A stretch of 49,037 nucleotides of DNA from Candidatus Uhrbacteria bacterium (GTDB lineage Bacteria > Patescibacteriota > Patescibacteriia > JACQRZ01): NCBI GenBank assembly GCA_023246955.1, contig JAHFHK010000003.1, forward strand, positions 1 to 49,037, given 5' to 3'. The notes below the pieces were generated by a model that worked only from the letters and a program-made list of their open reading frames with translations, ran no database searches and was not told the origin of the DNA. Made by a program: the position numbers and the translations under genes. Within the stretch, counting starts at the first letter, position 1. The number at the start of each line of letters is the position of its first letter. This document shows, in pieces, positions 45,277 through 49,037 of this stretch.

Positions 45277-45312
45277 GATACGATTGTCAACACTGCTTCG
45301 TATCGTTTTTTT
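45277..45312 (+). terminator. Rho-independent terminator after hicBA
   Basis: Stem GATACGA/TCGTATC followed by GTTTTTTT. Confidence 0.6.
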
Positions 45313-45388
45313 CTCAGGCGAGGGGGTCAAGGAAGATTAACATCCAGCAAACCCATCTCGCCACGAATACGGATGCGCGATATGAAGG

Positions 45389-45502
45389 ACGTACGTCTAA
45401 TGGCAACTTCGTGAACGTCGGTAATGGTGATGCGAACGGGCTCAACGTGAACAGGAACTCCGCCGACGACTCGAACGGTAATCAGGGTGCGTGCCTCTCC
45501 CG
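45389..45502 (+). repeat. DGR template repeat (TR)
   Basis: Non-coding copy of the VR sequence, rich in AAC/AAT triplets. 22 of its 27 adenines are substituted in VR1 and/or VR2. Homology to the VRs ends at CTCCCG and then diverges (IMH* versus IMH). Confidence 0.85.
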
Positions 45503-45524
45503 AAGTGTCGACAACGATCGTAGG

Positions 45525-45556
45525 GAGTCCTTCTTCATACGGAGGACTCTTTTTTC
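45525..45556 (+). terminator. Terminator-like hairpin directly 3' of the TR
   Basis: Stem GAGTCC/GGACTC followed by TTTTTT. Confidence 0.5.
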
Positions 45557-45564
45557 ATGGAAAA

Positions 45565-45687
45565 GACCTCTGAAAAATTGATGGATTTTCATTGAATGGG
45601 CTATCGAATCCAGGGAACGTATGGATAATACGTTGAGTGGATTCGATGGGTGCCCGTGAAATGAAAAGGCGCGATTTTGCAGGGGTC
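45565..45687. repeat. Structured palindromic element, copy B (candidate ncRNA), lying between the TR and the avd 3' end
   Basis: Homologous to 32071-32226, with compensatory changes (ATCGAATCC/GGATTCGAT versus GTTGA(G)CTCC/GGAGTCAAC). Confidence 0.6.
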
Positions 45688-45689
45688 GT

Positions 45690-46040
45690 CTATATCGAAC
45701 GGATCCATCCACCGAGCATTCTGCCAACCTCGTCGAGCTCTTCTTCGAGATCAAGATACGTTTTCTCGGGGATAATACGGAGACGGGCACTCAGCCGAAT
45801 CAAGATCTTCACCTCATCGAGGCGTGGACTCACCTGTATGAGCTGAAAACGAGCCTGCTCTCGGCTCAAATACTGCGCGCGCATAATGACGGTAAGAAGT
45901 TCGAGCAATGAATCAGAGACTTTGTGTGCTATGGTATAGCGGTCACTTTTCGGAAATTTTTTTGCATAGATATGCCACCGACAAAAGAAATCAAACAAAC
46001 GCGAGAAAAGGACAGTGTTCCGTTGGGGGGGGGTAGACAT
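45690..46040 (-). CDS. avd: Avd-like four-helix-bundle protein (DGR accessory variability determinant; 23S rRNA IVS protein family)
   Basis: YAKKFPKSDRYTIAHKVSDSLLELL...RLDEVKILIRLS...LDLEEELDEVGRMLGGWI matches the four-helix-bundle family pattern. It is adjacent to the TR and RT. Confidence 0.7.
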   Translation of the reverse strand: MSTPPQRNTVLFSRLFDFFCRWHIYAKKFPKSDRYTIAHKVSDSLLELLTVIMRAQYLSREQARFQLIQVSPRLDEVKILIRLSARLRIIPEKTYLDLEEELDEVGRMLGGWIRSI

Positions 46041-47042
46041 AGTACCTTATTTGAAAAAATAATAAGCCTCGCAAACCTCTATGCTGCGTGGCGAGAATTT
46101 GAAAGAGGAAAACGCAATCGCCCAGACGTGCAAGAATTCGCATACGATATCGAGAAAAATATCTTCGATCTTCGCGCACGACTCGTATCGCAACAATGGA
46201 CGCACGACCAGTATACAATGTTTCATGTCTGCGATCCAAAACCGCGCATAGTCCACAAAGCGACCGTAAGCAATCGAATCGTACACCACGCTATCGTTCG
46301 TCACATCGAACCCCTATTCGAACGGTCTTTCATCTTTGATACCTGGTCATGCAGGACAGGAAAGGGGACGCATGCAGCGATGCTCCGTGCGCATGAGAAA
46401 TTAAGAGAACTCTCCCAAAAAACCAAAGGAGAGATATGGGTCCTGCAATGCGACATCAAAAAATATTTTCAATCCGTCGATCACGATATACTGACACGCA
46501 TACTTCAAAAAAATATCATCGACACAGAGACGCTCACGCTCCTGCGAAATATCATCGATAGTTTCTCGCCCGGCATCCCTCTAGGGAATCTCACATCACA
46601 GCTCTTCGCAAACATCTACCTCAACCCCTTCGATCACTTCGTCAAAGAAATCCTGCGCCCCGCATCCTACATTCGCTATTGCGATGACTTCTTCCTCACA
46701 CATCCCTCCCGGGAATATCTAGTGAATTGCTACCGCCAAATCGACACATTCCTCAAGACCCGCCTTCACCTTACCCTCCATCCGAATAAAATCCACCTCC
46801 ACCCATTCCGCTACGGCATAGATTTCCTCGGTCACGTACTGTACCCCGACGGAAGGAGACTACGCCACGTTTCTCGAAAACGTATGCAGCGACGAGTCCA
46901 GGAGGCGGTCAACGAGTTGAGCACAGGAAAACGCTCGTATGCATCTACATGCGCAATCATCGCCTCGTATAAGGGCATGGTGCAGTACGCCTCATCTCAT
47001 TACGACGACGAGCTCCTCGATCTGCTAAAACAATGCCTATAA
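45972..47042 (+). CDS. DGR-type reverse transcriptase
   Basis: RT motifs DPKPRIVHKA, QCDIKKYFQSVDH, IPLGNLTSQLFANIYLNPFDH (the DGR-typical LGxxxSQ) and YIRYCDDFFL. About 356 aa, with no maturase or endonuclease domains. Start is uncertain (GTG 45924, ATG 45972, TTG 46023). Confidence 0.88.
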   Translation: MPPTKEIKQTREKDSVPLGGGRHSTLFEKIISLANLYAAWREFERGKRNRPDVQEFAYDIEKNIFDLRARLVSQQWTHDQYTMFHVCDPKPRIVHKATVSNRIVHHAIVRHIEPLFERSFIFDTWSCRTGKGTHAAMLRAHEKLRELSQKTKGEIWVLQCDIKKYFQSVDHDILTRILQKNIIDTETLTLLRNIIDSFSPGIPLGNLTSQLFANIYLNPFDHFVKEILRPASYIRYCDDFFLTHPSREYLVNCYRQIDTFLKTRLHLTLHPNKIHLHPFRYGIDFLGHVLYPDGRRLRHVSRKRMQRRVQEAVNELSTGKRSYASTCAIIASYKGMVQYASSHYDDELLDLLKQCL

Positions 47043-47083
47043 CCACCCTACCAAACTACGTCGATCCCGTTGGAGCCCTCCCC

Positions 47084-47110
47084 GAGCCCTCTTAAATGAA
47101 AGGGCTCTTT
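47084..47110 (+). terminator. Terminator-like hairpin after the RT (variant of the repeated GAGCCC...GGGCTC module)
   Basis: Stem GAGCCCT/AGGGCTC with a short T-run. Confidence 0.5.
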
Positions 47111-47168
47111 ACGCACGCTATGCAAGAGCGACTTCCCAAAAAACCCAAAAATATAACCAAAACTGACC

Positions 47169-47197
47169 TTGACAACCACACATATCTCTGCTAGTAT
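47169..47197 (+). promoter_or_regulatory. Sigma-70-type promoter (TTGACA-N17-TAGTAT, with TGC extended -10) for DGR target 2
   Basis: The TTG start of track ORF 47169 is the -35 hexamer itself. The real start is ATG 47238. Confidence 0.6.
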
Positions 47198-47237
47198 CGG
47201 GACAAGTATATCGTTCATTGAAAGGAAAACACAACTC

Positions 47238-48443
47238 ATGAGTGAACAGACGGAAAAAACATTACGCGAGTATGCCCCGCTCATACTCCGAACATTTCAT
47301 AACGAATACGGACGGAGCGGAGCATACCCCATCTTTCACCTCACACAGAACGCAGAAGCCACGGCATTCGTGGCGGGTGGGAACACGAGTAACTGGCAAG
47401 AAGGAATGCGTTCAGTCGGTGTTGCACTGTATCATAGCGTGCGGGGAGTGTCAGAACACACAGACCCCAGCTACGCGATCAACCCTTATCCACCACTCGA
47501 AGGAACACTAGGGGAGATCATCAACGAATTAGTAGACGATCGAGTATCTATTGATACGCTGGATCGCCTCCTCGCAGGTCTACAGAGACCTCAACCCAGC
47601 ATAACGTTAATTCCGACAAACCTACCGAGCAACGGCCCATTGGTGATTATCGTACCAGATCCACCGAAGCCAAGCGCAATAGAAGAACAAGCGAGACACT
47701 ATGAATCACTCCGCACACTCTTTGGCGCTAACTTCTGCGGTATCGATGGAGTAACCCGTGCATTCACATTGAACGACGGTACCACATTAGCATCCTATCC
47801 GGATGCGTACCGTGTATCTATCCTGAAAGCGCTCTGGGACAAATGCCAAGAGCCCGACGTAGCAAAGTTCCTCTCTCATATTAAAGAGGGAAAGGTAAGT
47901 GCAAGTGGTTGGCTCCTCATACTCCGAATACCGTTCCTGAAACGGGCAGGCAAAGATATTCCGCTCACCATGAAAGCGCTTCAAGAGCATGTCGCTCCCG
48001 ACATGATAGCGCACAGCCAAGGAAAATTGTTTTGTTCGGCTGCAGACAGTAACTGTTGGTATACAAACAACGAAGTATTCTACGATACCGAGTCGATACC
48101 ATCATGTCATTGGCAATTCGTAACAAAAGCGTGCGTCGAAGGGACAAAAGGTAAAAAACACGGGCAACAAACAACGGTACTCAATAAGTGTGCCAAAACA
48201 GTAGGATTCGATCCTACCCTCGTCCGCAGGCGCAGGCCAGTGGAAATACCATACGACCACGCCATAATGCTGCGAGAACATAATGTACGTCTTCTCGAAG
48301 GTGAATGGGATTGCACGGACACAATGCGTGCGTCTGATGGCCTCTTCGTGAGCGTCGGTTATGGTGATGCGTACGGGCTCGACGTGAGCAGGCTCTCCGC
48401 CGGCGGCTCGGGCGGTGGTCAGGGTGCGTGCCTCTCCCGCTGA
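47238..48443 (+). CDS. DGR variable (target) protein 2
   Basis: The C-terminal codons are VR2. It is paralogous to target 1 over the C-terminal region of about 230 aa and has a different N-terminal region. Confidence 0.85.
   Translation: MSEQTEKTLREYAPLILRTFHNEYGRSGAYPIFHLTQNAEATAFVAGGNTSNWQEGMRSVGVALYHSVRGVSEHTDPSYAINPYPPLEGTLGEIINELVDDRVSIDTLDRLLAGLQRPQPSITLIPTNLPSNGPLVIIVPDPPKPSAIEEQARHYESLRTLFGANFCGIDGVTRAFTLNDGTTLASYPDAYRVSILKALWDKCQEPDVAKFLSHIKEGKVSASGWLLILRIPFLKRAGKDIPLTMKALQEHVAPDMIAHSQGKLFCSAADSNCWYTNNEVFYDTESIPSCHWQFVTKACVEGTKGKKHGQQTTVLNKCAKTVGFDPTLVRRRRPVEIPYDHAIMLREHNVRLLEGEWDCTDTMRASDGLFVSVGYGDAYGLDVSRLSAGGSGGGQGACLSR
48326..48439 (+). repeat. DGR variable repeat VR2
   Basis: 114-nt alignment to the TR shows 18 mismatches, all at TR adenines. 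Confidence 0.85.
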
Positions 48444-48608
48444 TGTTGACACTGTCCTGCTGGTCTCTTAACCGCCCCTGGCGGCCTGACCACCAGTTCG
48501 ACTGGTGGATTGGACTCCTGACTGCCCCCTGAATTTACTCAGTGCGCTAGCATAGTCGGCGTACTCCGATTTCAATGAGTGTCGCTGGCTGTATCGGCGC
48601 GCCCCTCC

Positions 48609-48640
48609 GAGCCCTTTCGAATGAAAGGGCTCTTTTTTAT
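48609..48640 (+). terminator. Rho-independent terminator (identical copy of 44579-44610)
   Basis: GAGCCCTTTCGAATGAAAGGGCTC followed by TTTTTT. Confidence 0.8.
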
Positions 48641-48678
48641 ACCCCAAAACGAGCCAAAACCCACGCCCCCGCTGGCTA

Positions 48679-48707
48679 TTGACAAAACTGTATTTTCCTG
48701 CAAGAAT
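48679..48707 (+). promoter_or_regulatory. Sigma-70-type promoter (TTGACA-N17-AAGAAT, with TGC upstream)
   Basis: Lies upstream of the GGGAGG RBS and ATG 48754. Confidence 0.5.
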
Positions 48708-48753
48708 AGGGACATATTCGTTATTTGAAAATTTTAATATTGGGAGGTGGCCT

Positions 48754-49037
48754 ATGAGCCATATTTCGCAGAGCACATCAAAGATCACTGCGGTAGATAC
48801 AGACACGTTAGCAGCAACGCTGCGATACGTAGCAAAGCTGCAAAACGTCGAAATGACCGATTACATCAAGAACTATAACGGTGGCACACAAAAAGAGTGG
48901 AAGGGAAATAAAGTCCTCGGCGCCCTCATCGCCAAAGATGTCCCCCGCGGTATCGGCGTCAGCGTCGATAGTAACGGAAAGATGATCTTCATCGGCGACG
49001 ACTACGGCTATACAACCGGCTACGCAAAACTCAAAAC
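48754..49037 (+). CDS. Hypothetical protein, 3' end outside the window (possibly DUF1257/Ycf35-like)
   Basis: My own translation gives MSHISQSTSKITAVDTDTLAATLRYVAKLQ...GIGVSVDSNGKMIFIGDDYGY, open to the window end. The MSH-x-S start and the late GxxxxxDDYG pattern recall DUF1257. This is a weak call. Confidence 0.5.
   Translation, partial: MSHISQSTSKITAVDTDTLAATLRYVAKLQNVEMTDYIKNYNGGTQKEWKGNKVLGALIAKDVPRGIGVSVDSNGKMIFIGDDYGYTTGYAKLK

Noticed and set aside
45229-45414. 61-aa ORF running into the start of the template repeat; could be read as a truncated third target gene
   Set aside because: It has no RBS, spans the hicBA terminator hairpin (45277-45312), and shares no similarity with the conserved pre-VR module of the two real targets. 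The TR is best read as non-coding.
45972-47042. The RT considered as a group II intron maturase or a retron RT
   Set aside because: No maturase (X) or endonuclease domain and no recognisable intron domain V/VI sequence flank it. No retron msr/msd-like inverted repeats with a conserved branching G context were seen. The TR/VR adenine-mutagenesis pattern and the LGxxxSQ motif point to a DGR.
1-49037. Search for rRNA, tRNA, tmRNA, RNase P RNA and CRISPR arrays across the window
   Set aside because: No T-loop/D-loop-compatible segments, no conserved rRNA blocks, and no regularly spaced 25-40-nt direct repeats were noticed in the intergenic regions. This was a scan by eye, not a covariance-model search, so small RNAs could have been missed.

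Overview
The window is about 49 kb at roughly 50% GC. It looks like a small-genome, monoderm-type bacterium, probably Patescibacteria/CPR; that placement is inferred from gene content and compact gene style, not from any search. Housekeeping blocks: a dcw cell-wall cluster (mraY partial, murD, ftsW, murG, a GT2, murC, murB), secA, secD-secF, mnmA and a short alaS. Accessory content: (1) a divergent envelope/surface-protein locus with lipoproteins, PKD/FN3-like domains and PT-rich tandem repeats; (2) a surface-glycan locus with an O-antigen-ligase-like protein and three glycosyltransferases; (3) a membrane protein paired with a type-IV-coupling-protein-like ATPase; (4) an isochorismatase-like hydrolase next to a vWA / PP2C / protein-kinase triad (TerY-P-like); (5) a complete diversity-generating retroelement (DGR). 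The DGR has an RT, an oppositely oriented Avd-like gene, one template repeat, and two paralogous target genes whose 3' variable repeats differ from the template almost only at template adenines. A hicBA toxin-antitoxin pair sits inside the cassette. A structured palindromic element of about 120-155 nt, with compensatory stem changes, occurs twice, once inside the DGR, and a solo end fragment lies after secA. SecD carries an inserted parvulin-type PPIase module. No rRNA, tRNA or CRISPR array was seen. All homology calls come from motif recognition by eye and none was checked against a database.
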